IMG/VR virus record: IMGVR_UViG_3300036376_000008
Location: 1 to 52,223 of that record
Origin: a virus
Lineage: Duplodnaviria; Caudoviricetes
Reading direction: 5' to 3' (one strand)
DNA length: 52,223 nucleotides
Below the pieces are notes generated by a model, which was given only the letters and a program-made list of their open reading frames with translations, searched no databases and was not told where the DNA came from. Positions 8,863-17,236 of this stretch are shown here, piece by piece. A program made the translations under genes and the position numbers. Positions within the stretch are counted from its first letter, which is position 1. Every line of letters begins with the position of its first letter.

Positions 8863-9330
8863 TTACGCCGCCTCGCGCACCCCAAGCAGCTGCCGGTGAT
8901 TCCAGAGCGCGATCAACGCCGCATCGGCGCGCCCGCAATCCTTCTTGCGAGCGAACAGCTGAGCCCGTGACGGCCAGAGGTCGAGTGCCTTCAGCCTGGC
9001 GTCGTCCTTCTCCTTGCCAGCAAGGCCGAGCGCACGCTTCCACACGGTCGGCTGCACGTATTCCTTGCCGTAGCCGAGAGCCGCCACGGCGCCATCAACG
9101 ACGCCCGCCGAGAGGCCAAACTTGAAGGTCGAGCTGACGCCCTGCCCCGGCATCGAGTGCACCTCTTCGATCACCACGAGGTCAGGCCTTGCGGAATGGA
9201 ACAGGTCAATCAGCAGCCCGGCAGCCACTCGGGACCCAGCCACCGGCATGTCCCAAGTGTCCAACAGGCGACCGTCCTCGATGAGCGCGAGCGCACCAGA
9301 CAGGCCGGGGTCGATGCCGAGGATTTTCAC
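8863..9330 (-). CDS. RuvC-like Holliday junction resolvase
   Basis: 'ILGIDPG..GA', 'VVIEEV', 'PTVWK', 'ADAALIA'; GTG start overlaps the upstream stop. Confidence 0.88.
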   Translation of the reverse strand: MKILGIDPGLSGALALIEDGRLLDTWDMPVAGSRVAAGLLIDLFHSARPDLVVIEEVHSMPGQGVSSTFKFGLSAGVVDGAVAALGYGKEYVQPTVWKRALGLAGKEKDDARLKALDLWPSRAQLFARKKDCGRADAALIALWNHRQLLGVREAA

Positions 9331-9599
9331 GCTGCGCACCCCTCTTCGAAGCCGAACTCGGCGTCTTTAGCGCGCTCAATCCAGGGGTCGTCATCGCGGT
9401 GCTCGTTGTCGATCCTCCGCTTCATGCTAGCGACCATCTCCTTCAGCGTATCCTCCCCGCTAGAGAAGCTGTCGAGGGCGATCCATCCATCGCTGAGCCG
9501 GGTGACCGTGAAGTATGTCATCATCCACCCTCCCAGGCATTGCTCCCGGGAGACACGGATCTCGTAGCCGCGATGCTGCGCGGTCAATTCCTTGCTCAT
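9327..9599 (-). CDS. Hypothetical protein
   Basis: Coupled ORF in the leftward operon, with RBS. Confidence 0.65.
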   Translation of the reverse strand: MSKELTAQHRGYEIRVSREQCLGGWMMTYFTVTRLSDGWIALDSFSSGEDTLKEMVASMKRRIDNEHRDDDPWIERAKDAEFGFEEGCAA

Positions 9600-9814
9600 G
9601 GTCTCATCCTTTCTTTCCCGGAAATCACATCTCGCGCCCGCGTCGTCAGCCGGATCTTCTCGTCGTCCCGCAGCCGGCCGGGGTCCGCGATCAGAGCGAG
9701 CGACGCCGCTTCGTTGACCGGCAGGCCGCGCTCGGTCGCATCGCGCAGCGTGATGCCGTTGCGGGAACCTGCGGCGGCGAGGAGTTCGAGGATGGCGCGG
9801 TCGCGCTCACTCAT
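9596..9814 (-). CDS. Hypothetical protein
   Basis: MSERDRAILE...; overlapping start/stop junctions. Confidence 0.6.
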   Translation of the reverse strand: MSERDRAILELLAAAGSRNGITLRDATERGLPVNEAASLALIADPGRLRDDEKIRLTTRARDVISGKERMRP

Positions 9815-10073
9815 CGTTGCCCAGCTCCACGTCCAGGAACTCGACCTGCAACCTCGCGATGCCAACGAACAACGTGTGCGAACTCCCAGGCTCGCCCTGC
9901 CACGATGTCCGGATGCGCCCGACGCCATCGACGGTCACGACCGCGACCGCCCGCGTGTCTCCGGCGCGCGCGATCTCAAGCTCGGCTTCAAGCGTCTCGA
10001 CGGCCGGAGCGTATGGCTCAGGCGGCGTCTCTGCGACGAGGCGCGGCGGCAGCGTGATGACGTTGTCGCTCAC
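9807..10073 (-). CDS. Hypothetical protein
   Basis: Coupled 88-aa ORF. Confidence 0.65.
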   Translation of the reverse strand: MSDNVITLPPRLVAETPPEPYAPAVETLEAELEIARAGDTRAVAVVTVDGVGRIRTSWQGEPGSSHTLFVGIARLQVEFLDVELGNDE

Positions 10074-10333
10074 GGCACGACCTCGCGGCCCGGCAGCACG
10101 ATCTCGAACCCATCCGATTCAGACAGCGCAAGCCAGGCGATCAGGCGCCCGGCTGCGGCCCTGCGCTCCATCGCATAGAGCGCGGCGACCGTAGCGGCCG
10201 CGTAAGCCGGCGATGCCCTGGCGCGGTCGTGAACGGCGACCTCGGCCGTCACGTCACCGTCCGCGTAGCCCTGCGCATGCTCCATGGCGGCGGCGTTCAT
10301 GCTGGCGCGGACTGGGTAGAGAAAGTCGCTCAT
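10070..10333 (-). CDS. Hypothetical protein
   Basis: Coupled 87-aa ORF. Confidence 0.6.
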   Translation of the reverse strand: MSDFLYPVRASMNAAAMEHAQGYADGDVTAEVAVHDRARASPAYAAATVAALYAMERRAAAGRLIAWLALSESDGFEIVLPGREVVP

Positions 10334-10977
10334 GCGCCGTCGTCTTCGTTCAAGACTTCCTGCTCGCGCCGGGCAACGACTTCGCGCGCCTGCCGAAGCA
10401 GGTCGCCCTCGACATCATTCGCAGGTTCCTTGCCTTCCATGGCCTCGATGAACGCGAGAGCGAAATCGTATTCACGATCCCTATTGACTTCCTCTTCCGT
10501 CTGTGGGCGCAGGTCACGGCAATCTGCGGACAACTCGCGCTCGACTTTTGCAATGAGCGCTTCGTCGTCGGCGCGCTGCCGGGCGGCGAACAGGCGATCC
10601 ACCTTATCTTTCTGCGCATCTACGTACGCGAAGATCCGCTTGCGCACTTCCGGCTCAAGCTTGTCGCGGTTGTCGATGAGCGTTCCGACGAGCCAGGCGT
10701 CGATCAGCAGGCTGCACGACGCCATGATGTGCGCGAGATGGTGCGTGCCGTCATCGGCCTCGTCCTCACCCATCGCCCAGGCGTCCAGGTGCCTCTGCAG
10801 CGCGCCGATATACGTGATCGCGTCCGGTGCATTCGTGCGCCAGTTCACCCTGCCGTACTTGTTCGCTCCGTCGCGGTTCGCGACAGCCTGCACCATGCGC
10901 GCCGGGACCGGGATGACGGTTTGGTTCAGGCGACTGGCGCCGTGAGCGAACTTGGGATTGGTGGAACCGTCAGACAT
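10330..10977 (-). CDS. dATP/dGTP diphosphohydrolase-domain protein (DUF5664-like)
   Basis: 'GANKYGRVNWR...YIGALQRHLDAW..GED..DDGTHHLAH' signature. Confidence 0.8.
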   Translation of the reverse strand: MSDGSTNPKFAHGASRLNQTVIPVPARMVQAVANRDGANKYGRVNWRTNAPDAITYIGALQRHLDAWAMGEDEADDGTHHLAHIMASCSLLIDAWLVGTLIDNRDKLEPEVRKRIFAYVDAQKDKVDRLFAARQRADDEALIAKVERELSADCRDLRPQTEEEVNRDREYDFALAFIEAMEGKEPANDVEGDLLRQAREVVARREQEVLNEDDGA

Positions 10978-10979
10978 TC

Positions 10980-11279
10980 TCAACCCTCCATGTGCCAGAC
11001 GATCCACCCATTCGGATAGGATGGCCCGTATGCGACGATGTCGCGGTAGCGCCGCTTGTGCTGCCCGAAGGCAATGACGACGCCGTTCTCAAGGACGGCG
11101 ATGCGGTCAGGCACGTTGGCAATGATCGGGTCTGCGAGGACGGTGTCCTGAACGGCATGGACGGCCTTCATCACGCGGTCGTCAGCCTCGTCGCCGGTGT
11201 GAATCAAAGGACGCGCTTCAGAGAGGAGGAATTGCCAGAAGGCCGCTGCGTCGGTCATGGCGCGGTTGAGATCAGACAT
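10980..11279 (-). CDS. Hypothetical protein
   Basis: About 99 aa, in operon. Confidence 0.6.
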   Translation of the reverse strand: MSDLNRAMTDAAAFWQFLLSEARPLIHTGDEADDRVMKAVHAVQDTVLADPIIANVPDRIAVLENGVVIAFGQHKRRYRDIVAYGPSYPNGWIVWHMEG

Positions 11280-11333
11280 CACGCAACATCCTTCCCTTGC
11301 ACCACGCGCCCAGGCGCGATCTCCATTGCGAAA

Positions 11334-11555
11334 TCAAGAATCCCACGCAGGGGTCTTCTGCGCCTCACGCGCTGCCGCAATCGCACGATCAATGAGCGTC
11401 ATGGCGTGATCCAGGTTCTCCTTGGCCTCGTCGCGCTCATCCCTGGCCTCGTCGCGCTCCTCGGTCAGCCGGCGCACGTCGGCGCGGTGCCAGAGAGCAA
11501 CGACGACCGCCAGGACGGCCGTGCCGAGAGCGATGTAGAAAGGCAGGTCGAGCAT
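11334..11555 (-). CDS. Small membrane-anchored coiled-coil protein
   Basis: N-terminal TM (FYIALGTAVLAVVVALW), then ERDEARD repeats. Confidence 0.6.
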   Translation of the reverse strand: MLDLPFYIALGTAVLAVVVALWHRADVRRLTEERDEARDERDEAKENLDHAMTLIDRAIAAAREAQKTPAWDS

Positions 11556-11815
11556 CACGCGGTCTCCGTGCGTCCATAGCGAATGACGAGGTAAAGCCAG
11601 ACGGTCGCCGCGGACGTGACGCCCAGTCCGGCAACAGTCGAAGTCCATTGTCCAAGGTGCGGGTAGTAGACGAGGTTCCAGAGACCCCACGACCAGAAGA
11701 ACAGCGCGGTCGTCCAATGGTAGCCCACGATCTTCTTGGCCCGCCAAGCCGACAGGATCGACGGCAGCAGGAAGAACCCGCCGCAGAGTTCGAAGGATGC
11801 GTTGATGAAGTCCAT
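11555..11815 (-). CDS. 3-TM membrane protein, PQ-loop/SemiSWEET-like
   Basis: 'FLLPSI...K...G', 'W..W..YY' and three hydrophobic helices in about 86 aa. Confidence 0.55.
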   Translation of the reverse strand: MDFINASFELCGGFFLLPSILSAWRAKKIVGYHWTTALFFWSWGLWNLVYYPHLGQWTSTVAGLGVTSAATVWLYLVIRYGRTETA

Positions 11816-12429
11816 CACGCCACCGCCCTCTTCTGATGCACGAAGAACCGGCTGACGAACTCCGTCGTCGCCCGGTTCACATCCCAGTCCTCGCGCACCC
11901 GCTCGACAATGATGTCCTTCGGAACCCAGGTGCGCCTCTCAGGTTTCAGCTCGTCGAGGCCGTAGATCAGCGCGTCCTGGAACAAGTGGTAGTTGTCGGC
12001 TTCCTTGATGACCTCATGCCACCGGCCGAAATCGACGCCGAAGCGACGCTCAATCTCGCGGTCGATCTCGGCCTCGATGTCCTTGATCGCGTCGGTCCCG
12101 GCGTGGACCTTGACGGAGACCTTCAGCGGCCGCGTGTTGTCGCCCACGAAGCTCTCATGGGCATCGTGCAGCAGCGCAGCCATCGCGGCGTCATGGTCGC
12201 CAGTGCGCTCGAAGACGCGGTCGCAGACAAGGCAGGAGTGCTGCCCGACCGAGATCCATCCGTCCACATGACCGTTGAAGCGGCAGATGCGGGCGAGGGA
12301 GTGCGCGATCGTGTCGATGCCGACGCGCGACAGATCAGGCTTCAGGATGTTGAACATCGAGCCGTTGACGAGACCCATCCAGGTCTCGTTCCAGGCCCAG
12401 TCGGCAATGGCGGTCGGGTTGCTCGACAT
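11815..12429 (-). CDS. HD-domain phosphohydrolase (YfdR/YfbR 5'-deoxynucleotidase-like)
   Basis: 'IAHSLARICRFNGH', 'SVGQHS', 'ALLHDAHESFVGD', 'KEAD'. Confidence 0.88.
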   Translation of the reverse strand: MSSNPTAIADWAWNETWMGLVNGSMFNILKPDLSRVGIDTIAHSLARICRFNGHVDGWISVGQHSCLVCDRVFERTGDHDAAMAALLHDAHESFVGDNTRPLKVSVKVHAGTDAIKDIEAEIDREIERRFGVDFGRWHEVIKEADNYHLFQDALIYGLDELKPERRTWVPKDIIVERVREDWDVNRATTEFVSRFFVHQKRAVA

Positions 12430-12617
12430 CAGACGGAATCCTTGTTGATCAGCCCGGCCGCGAGGATCTGGGAAGCAATCACGCCACCGAGCGCAGGCAT
12501 CCTGCAGTCGCGCTTCCGCGCTTCTCGCCGCACCTTTTCGTGCCTCGGCGTCTTCACAGGCTGCGCAGCTTTCCGCGCCTTGTGAGCCGCCCGGCGCTGA
12601 CGATCAGGATCGCTCAT
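12429..12617 (-). CDS. Small basic hypothetical protein
   Basis: Coupled ORF. Confidence 0.5.
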   Translation of the reverse strand: MSDPDRQRRAAHKARKAAQPVKTPRHEKVRREARKRDCRMPALGGVIASQILAAGLINKDSV

Positions 12618-12730
12618 CACTTGCTCCCGCCGCCTGTCCGCGGCCCCTTGGTTGATTGCGCCTGGCGCGGCAGCTTGACCTGCCTGGGCGCGCCGGATGC
12701 GTTGCGGTGACCGTGGGTGATCTTGGGCAT
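12617..12730 (-). CDS. 37-aa basic peptide (not in the ORF track)
   Basis: MPKITHGHRNASGAPRQVKLPRQAQSTKGPRTGGGSK; fills the gap exactly, with TGATG overlaps on both sides. Confidence 0.5.
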   Translation of the reverse strand: MPKITHGHRNASGAPRQVKLPRQAQSTKGPRTGGGSK

Positions 12731-13047
12731 CACCGCGCTCCCACGCGTTGCTTGCCGGTCTCAGTCTTGAGCATCCTGGCCATCATCCAGACGCTGCTCA
12801 GGCTCGTAGCCGCCACGTAGACCACGCCGGCCGCAGCGATCTCGCCGTAGGTGCCGTGCTCAATCGCGCGCCAGACCGTCGAGCCGATGATGATCTGCGT
12901 GACGAACCAGATGCCGTTGGACGCGATCGACCACTTGGCGTGGTGCGCGACATCGCCGCTGTTCCGGGACCGCGAGACGGCCGTGAAGGCGGCGTTCTGA
13001 ACGAAGGCGACGAAGGCCAGGGCGAGGAGCGTGAGGGCGAAGGTCAT
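12730..13047 (-). CDS. Small multi-TM membrane protein
   Basis: Three hydrophobic segments; 'QNAAFTAVSRSRNS' loop. Confidence 0.65.
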   Translation of the reverse strand: MTFALTLLALAFVAFVQNAAFTAVSRSRNSGDVAHHAKWSIASNGIWFVTQIIIGSTVWRAIEHGTYGEIAAAGVVYVAATSLSSVWMMARMLKTETGKQRVGAR

Positions 13048-13421
13048 TGGGAAACCTTGCCGCGCTGAACGCGGAACCACGTGCCGGACAGGTTCAGATG
13101 GCAGTTACCGTCCTCAAACTTGGCTTCGTAGCCATGCTGATACGCAAATTCCTTGCAGTCGTAGCGTGCATCCATCTCCGCTACATTGGCCACCGGGCAG
13201 TCCTTATAGTCCGGGCCGCAGACGGCCTTGGCGCGGTCGGGTGTGTAGATGGTAGAGAGGCCGCGAACCTCTCCCCAGACCGTCCGCTCGCGGTAAATGG
13301 CTCCAGCAAGGCGATCACATTCCGCGACGCTCTGAACGCGGTAGTAGCGATCAGGCTCCGTGTATCCTGCGATGTTGCGGGGGAACCAGATGTTGCAGAC
13401 GATGATGGCGGCTTCGATCAT
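13044..13421 (-). CDS. Cys-rich hypothetical protein
   Basis: MIEAAIIVC...; six Cys residues. Confidence 0.6.
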   Translation of the reverse strand: MIEAAIIVCNIWFPRNIAGYTEPDRYYRVQSVAECDRLAGAIYRERTVWGEVRGLSTIYTPDRAKAVCGPDYKDCPVANVAEMDARYDCKEFAYQHGYEAKFEDGNCHLNLSGTWFRVQRGKVSQ

Positions 13422-13423
13422 TG

Positions 13424-13729
13424 TCAGCTCCCATACCCCGGCGCCCAGAAACACGGCTTCCGCTCGGTATCCAGGATCACGTTGTTCGTGCTCTCGTATC
13501 GGCAGATGTGGAACTGGCCGTCCGGCGAGTGCTTGGCCTCGGCGTACGGAATCAGGGTTCCGTCAGACAGCAGGTATCCGTCCGGCGTCTCGCGGACGCT
13601 CTCGACCGGCACCGGCCGGCAGTCGCGGTCGTGGCAGCAGTCCGTTGGATACCAGGAGTGCGCGTGCGCCTGCGTCGAGATCAGTGCGGCAAGCACGAAG
13701 ACGGTAAGCTTTGCGGGCGAGAGATTCAT
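13424..13729 (-). CDS. Secreted Cys-rich protein (HSWYP..CC...DC type)
   Basis: Signal peptide ending AHA; 'HSWYPTDCCHDRDCRPV', 'SPDGQFHIC', 'CFWAP'. Confidence 0.72.
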   Translation of the reverse strand: MNLSPAKLTVFVLAALISTQAHAHSWYPTDCCHDRDCRPVPVESVRETPDGYLLSDGTLIPYAEAKHSPDGQFHICRYESTNNVILDTERKPCFWAPGYGS

Positions 13730-13767
13730 CGGTTGCTCCTCCGATGAACTATCGGTCTCACCCAAGT

Positions 13768-13781
13768 ACGAAAGAGACAAA
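13768..13781 (-). promoter_or_regulatory. Dispersed motif TTTGTCTCTTTCGT, copy 2
   Basis: ACGAAAGAGACAAA on the plus strand, about 40 bp upstream of the 13729 start. Confidence 0.7.
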
Positions 13782-13820
13782 TGGAAAAATTACTTTGAAA
13801 ACGGAAGGATTCGGGAATGC

Positions 13821-13849
13821 GAAAGCCGCCGCGGGGTGGCGCGGCGGCT
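13821..13849 (-). terminator. Terminator hairpin after the Acb2-like gene
   Basis: AGCCGCCGCG-N6-CGCGGCGGCT, then TTC. Confidence 0.6.
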
Positions 13850-13866
13850 GCAGGAATTGGATGCCG

Positions 13867-14208
13867 TCAGGCCAAGGGCTGCTCGGTGAAGCCGATGATG
13901 ACGGACGGGTCGGCATCCTTGGCCATGGCGGCGAGATCTTCGTCCGACACGTTGCCGAGAATGATGTCTTCCGGCAGCGCGATCCGTTCCGGCTGAAACA
14001 CGGCCCTGTTCGCGGCCATGAAACCTTCCTGAATGTGCGTCCGGGCAATCGACACCCAGCCGTAATCGAGGCCGGCCGTGGACTGTAGCGTGTCGAGCTG
14101 ACGCAGGACGCGCTCTTCGAGCTGCTTGTTTTGGTTGACCAGGTCGATCTTGTCCTGGCTCTGAGACTTGTAGCCGGCGACTGGGAGGCCGGCGATCGGG
14201 GTCGTCAT
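13867..14208 (-). CDS. acb2: Acb2-like anti-CBASS cyclic-nucleotide sponge
   Basis: 'GYKSQSQDKIDLVNQNK...W.SIARTHIQEGFMAANRAVFQP' matches the Acb2 pattern GYR.LSQ.EID.MN..K...RW.AI..T..Q.G.MA..RA.AQP. Confidence 0.75.
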   Translation of the reverse strand: MTTPIAGLPVAGYKSQSQDKIDLVNQNKQLEERVLRQLDTLQSTAGLDYGWVSIARTHIQEGFMAANRAVFQPERIALPEDIILGNVSDEDLAAMAKDADPSVIIGFTEQPLA

Positions 14209-14227
14209 AGTCTACTCCTTCGCGGCG

Positions 14228-14866
14228 TCACGCCGCCTGTTGAGATTCACTTGCGGCGCTTGAATGCTCCGAAGTCTTCTTCTGGATTCCTGTAAGCCAC
14301 GACCAATTCCTGCCCGTCATAATCAACGAGATGGTCGTGATCGGCACTCCAAGCAATGAATGAATTTTGTCGTACAAGGCTCCAGACCTTCGCATCTCAA
14401 CAACGCGCAAGACAGTTTCTTCAGAGTGGACGGACTTTCCGTTCGCCATTCCGCGGTTGCTTGTTCCGTGGATGATCCTGTCCATCTGATTTTCGGAATT
14501 GCTTGCCCATCGAAGGTGCCTTGGAGAGCAGCAGCCAAGATGCCCATTGCCGCAAGAGTGAGCGGCTTGGTGCTGCGCGGAAGGAGGAGGCCCAATGGCA
14601 ATGCAAGCCATTTCTCGATGAGCGAGGCGCTCTATGCCGTCCTTCCTGATCCTGCCATATCCGCGGTTGTTCCTGGCGAAAGGCCAGATCAGGCATTCAT
14701 TGCCGGAGAACGATGCATTGGCACGCAACCACGCGTAAGGCTTTCCTCTGAACTCGCCGCCCGCAAGCGGGTCTCCAAGTGTTCGCAGCCTGATGTAATG
14801 CGGGTTGCAGTAGCCCTTGGCACGGACAGGAAGATCGCATCCGTCGATGCAGCATGTCTTGCTCAT
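14228..14866 (-). CDS. Free-standing HNH (His-Cys type) endonuclease
   Basis: 'CLIWPF', 'GYG', 'AHRE', 'AAHSCGNGHLGCCSPRHLRW..NSEN', C-terminal HTH; lower GC than its neighbours. Confidence 0.85.
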   Translation of the reverse strand: MSKTCCIDGCDLPVRAKGYCNPHYIRLRTLGDPLAGGEFRGKPYAWLRANASFSGNECLIWPFARNNRGYGRIRKDGIERLAHREMACIAIGPPPSAQHQAAHSCGNGHLGCCSPRHLRWASNSENQMDRIIHGTSNRGMANGKSVHSEETVLRVVEMRRSGALYDKIHSLLGVPITTISLIMTGRNWSWLTGIQKKTSEHSSAASESQQAA

Positions 14867-16107
14867 GCCGCCACCCTCGACTTGACGCGATGCGGCACGA
14901 TGTTCACGCGATACCGCCCAACCTCTCCGTGTTCTCGGTGGTGGACAACGCAGCTCAAGCTGTGCGTGCTGCGGTAGCCGCCATTGGCCGCGTGAGCGTC
15001 CTTCGCAGCCGGAGAATTGAATGACTCAGCCCGGACGCCGGCCACTTCCTTGGCGGTTTCGTGGTGGATGTGTCCGGTGTAGGCCACGCGGAAGAACGTA
15101 TCGCCCCAGTCTTTCGGGCAATCGACGGCCATGGCCATAGCCAATCGATCAAACTTCATTGTATGGCCATGAGACGCCGCGATGAGCGTCTTCCCGAACC
15201 TGTAGTAGTAGATCGTTCCTGGTTCCGACTCGACAGTGACGCGCGGGTTGTTCGCGTAGAATGCGGACAGGGCGACCGTGAGGATGATGCTCGACTCTGG
15301 ATCGTGATTGCCCGGCAAGCATTTCACACGGACGTTGTCGTGCTTCTGCAGGGCGAGCTCAACGCAGTCCTGGAACAGCTTCACGCCGGTCGTCACGACT
15401 TTGAAGAATCGGCCGTCCACGTCGAGTTGGTGCTTGTGGGCCGGCGTCGCATTCGTCTGGTCGTTGTTGTGGAAGTAGTCTCCCAGGTTGAGGATGAGGC
15501 ACTCGCTTGCCTCCGGCGACCTCATGATCAGCTCGCGCATGGACGACAGAATCCGCTGCGCGCTGATCTCCAAGTCATAGTCCTCGCCCGCCTCGCGACC
15601 CCAAGCGAGCATGCCGTGGTGGACATCCGTGAGAATGTAGACAGCAAGCAGATCGCTGTCCGTGTGCGCAGGCGGCGGAATGATCTCGGCGCGGCCCTGG
15701 TAGTCATCGAAAGCGGATTTGATGGCGGCGACCAGATCGACAGGACGCACGTCGATCTTCGTCTTGATCCACTGGTTCGTGATGCGCCCCTGGCCGTCCG
15801 TGTGAGCCGAGATGCCCTTCACGACATGCCCGGCCGGCAATTCGAACTCCGGGCCGATCTCAGGCTTCTGCTGCACGAACTCGCCGGCGTAGTCGCCGTT
15901 GCGGTCGTACCGGATTGTGTTCTTGGAAACGCGGAAGCCATCCATCACCGGCTCACGCGATACGATGCCCTGGTTCCGTGCCGCCGCCAGATGCCGCTGA
16001 ACTTGGCGAAGCTGCATTCCGATCTCTTCGGCAATCTCCTTCGCGCTCAGGCCGCGGTCGCGAAGGACGACAATCTTCGGGTTCGGATTACGCACAACGC
16101 CGGGCAT
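14863..16107 (-). CDS. Calcineurin-like metallophosphoesterase with N-terminal HTH
   Basis: DVH, GDYFH, GNHD, HGH and GHIH motifs; N-terminal 'GLSAKEIAEEIGMQLRQVQRHL'. Confidence 0.85.
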   Translation of the reverse strand: MPGVVRNPNPKIVVLRDRGLSAKEIAEEIGMQLRQVQRHLAAARNQGIVSREPVMDGFRVSKNTIRYDRNGDYAGEFVQQKPEIGPEFELPAGHVVKGISAHTDGQGRITNQWIKTKIDVRPVDLVAAIKSAFDDYQGRAEIIPPPAHTDSDLLAVYILTDVHHGMLAWGREAGEDYDLEISAQRILSSMRELIMRSPEASECLILNLGDYFHNNDQTNATPAHKHQLDVDGRFFKVVTTGVKLFQDCVELALQKHDNVRVKCLPGNHDPESSIILTVALSAFYANNPRVTVESEPGTIYYYRFGKTLIAASHGHTMKFDRLAMAMAVDCPKDWGDTFFRVAYTGHIHHETAKEVAGVRAESFNSPAAKDAHAANGGYRSTHSLSCVVHHREHGEVGRYRVNIVPHRVKSRVAA

Positions 16108-16122
16108 CACATCTCTCCGGTG

Positions 16123-16647
16123 TCAGGTACAGGCAGGCACGGCGCCACCCAGGTCGCCGCGCAGCAGCTTCAGGAATCCGTTTGTAGGTTGTCCGTATTT
16201 CGAGACAGCCGACTTGATGCCGGGCGTCTCGTACTTGATCGGTCGCCTCTTGCCGTCCGGGTCCATCATTTGATGAACTTGCAAGACGGCTCGATCGGTC
16301 ATGCAGACGTTGCCTGTGGCGGCAAGTCGATCGACCAGTATCGTGCAGCTTGAGTAGCACTCGCCGTCAATCCGGATGTGCCGGCCGTCAGCCGCGATCT
16401 CGCGTGCGGCGACTTCGAAAATCGTGACGAGACCGCCGTAGGATTTCGTGACGGTGCATGGCTCACCGCAGACGTCCCGACTCATCGAGTAGAGCGGGTT
16501 CTCCGTGGAGCCGACGTTCGCGGTCATGATCTGCATTGGCATCGCGCCGTCCTGGGCGCGCTGCATGAGCCGGAACCCGTGCATCGCGAGAGCAATCGTG
16601 GCGGCGAAAATGACCAAGAGGCTCACAATCCGTGCCGCCGTGCGCAT
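16123..16647 (-). CDS. Membrane-anchored periplasmic protein, ClpP/crotonase-like fold (tentative)
   Basis: N-terminal TM; 'SYGG', 'IDGECYSSCT', 'AVLQVHQ'. Confidence 0.5.
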   Translation of the reverse strand: MRTAARIVSLLVIFAATIALAMHGFRLMQRAQDGAMPMQIMTANVGSTENPLYSMSRDVCGEPCTVTKSYGGLVTIFEVAAREIAADGRHIRIDGECYSSCTILVDRLAATGNVCMTDRAVLQVHQMMDPDGKRRPIKYETPGIKSAVSKYGQPTNGFLKLLRGDLGGAVPACT

Positions 16648-16913
16648 TAGTGTCCACCCTTCAGGAACCAATTGAGGAACGCGCCGAAGCCCGCGGCCGC
16701 GACAGCAAGGATCGCGGCCCAGGCGCGATTGCTGACGCTCTCGACCTTGCGCTCAAGCTGTTGGATGCGGCCGTGGTGATCGGCCTTGATCTCGGCGTGG
16801 TCGGCTTTCGACACGTAATGATCCTTCATCGACTGCTCGAGGCTGTCGAAGCGCCGGTTGATGTCGTCCTTGAGATCCGCGACGAGGCGGTAGATAGATG
16901 GCTGATCGCTCAT
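16647..16913 (-). CDS. Coiled-coil protein with C-terminal TM (XhlA/holin-like)
   Basis: Heptad region, then AWAAILAVAAAGFGAFLNWFL. Confidence 0.6.
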   Translation of the reverse strand: MSDQPSIYRLVADLKDDINRRFDSLEQSMKDHYVSKADHAEIKADHHGRIQQLERKVESVSNRAWAAILAVAAAGFGAFLNWFLKGGH

Positions 16914-17236
16914 CACTTCGCCCTCTTCTTCTTGAGAGCGTCCACGGACTTCACGATCGACTCCGCACGCATGTTGCAGGCGTCGAGTGCCGCCCGGTAG
17001 TTGACCAGGAGCTCGCGCCATTCACCGTGCGACAGGCTGTCCGGCGTGGCCGGCGTCGGCGTCTCGGCGCGCTGCGTGGCCGTCAGGGTCGGCGTGACGG
17101 TCTGGATGACCAGACGCTCACGCACCTGTACGCCAGGCGCGCAGCCGGACATGATAGCGGCCAAGATCGCCGCCGATGCGATGATCCAGAATCGGGTCCA
17201 CCCGACTTGGAGCTTGAAGAGAAACTCGTTGTTCAC
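16913..17236 (-). CDS. Outer-membrane spanin-like lipoprotein
   Basis: Lipobox 'IMSGC', Pro/Thr-rich segment, 'ALDACN'; follows the i-spanin candidate. Confidence 0.7.
   Translation of the reverse strand: MNNEFLFKLQVGWTRFWIIASAAILAAIMSGCAPGVQVRERLVIQTVTPTLTATQRAETPTPATPDSLSHGEWRELLVNYRAALDACNMRAESIVKSVDALKKKRAK

Noticed and set aside
11279-11326. 15-aa mini-ORF MEIAPGRVVQGKDVA
   Set aside because: Too short to support; may only provide translational coupling
11423-11460. Direct repeat TGGCCTCGTCGCGCTC
   Set aside because: Encodes the ERDEA heptad repeat of a coiled coil; not a DNA-level element
10330-12429. 2-aminoadenine (Z-DNA) synthesis pathway
   Set aside because: No PurZ/PurA-like gene or DNA polymerase in the window
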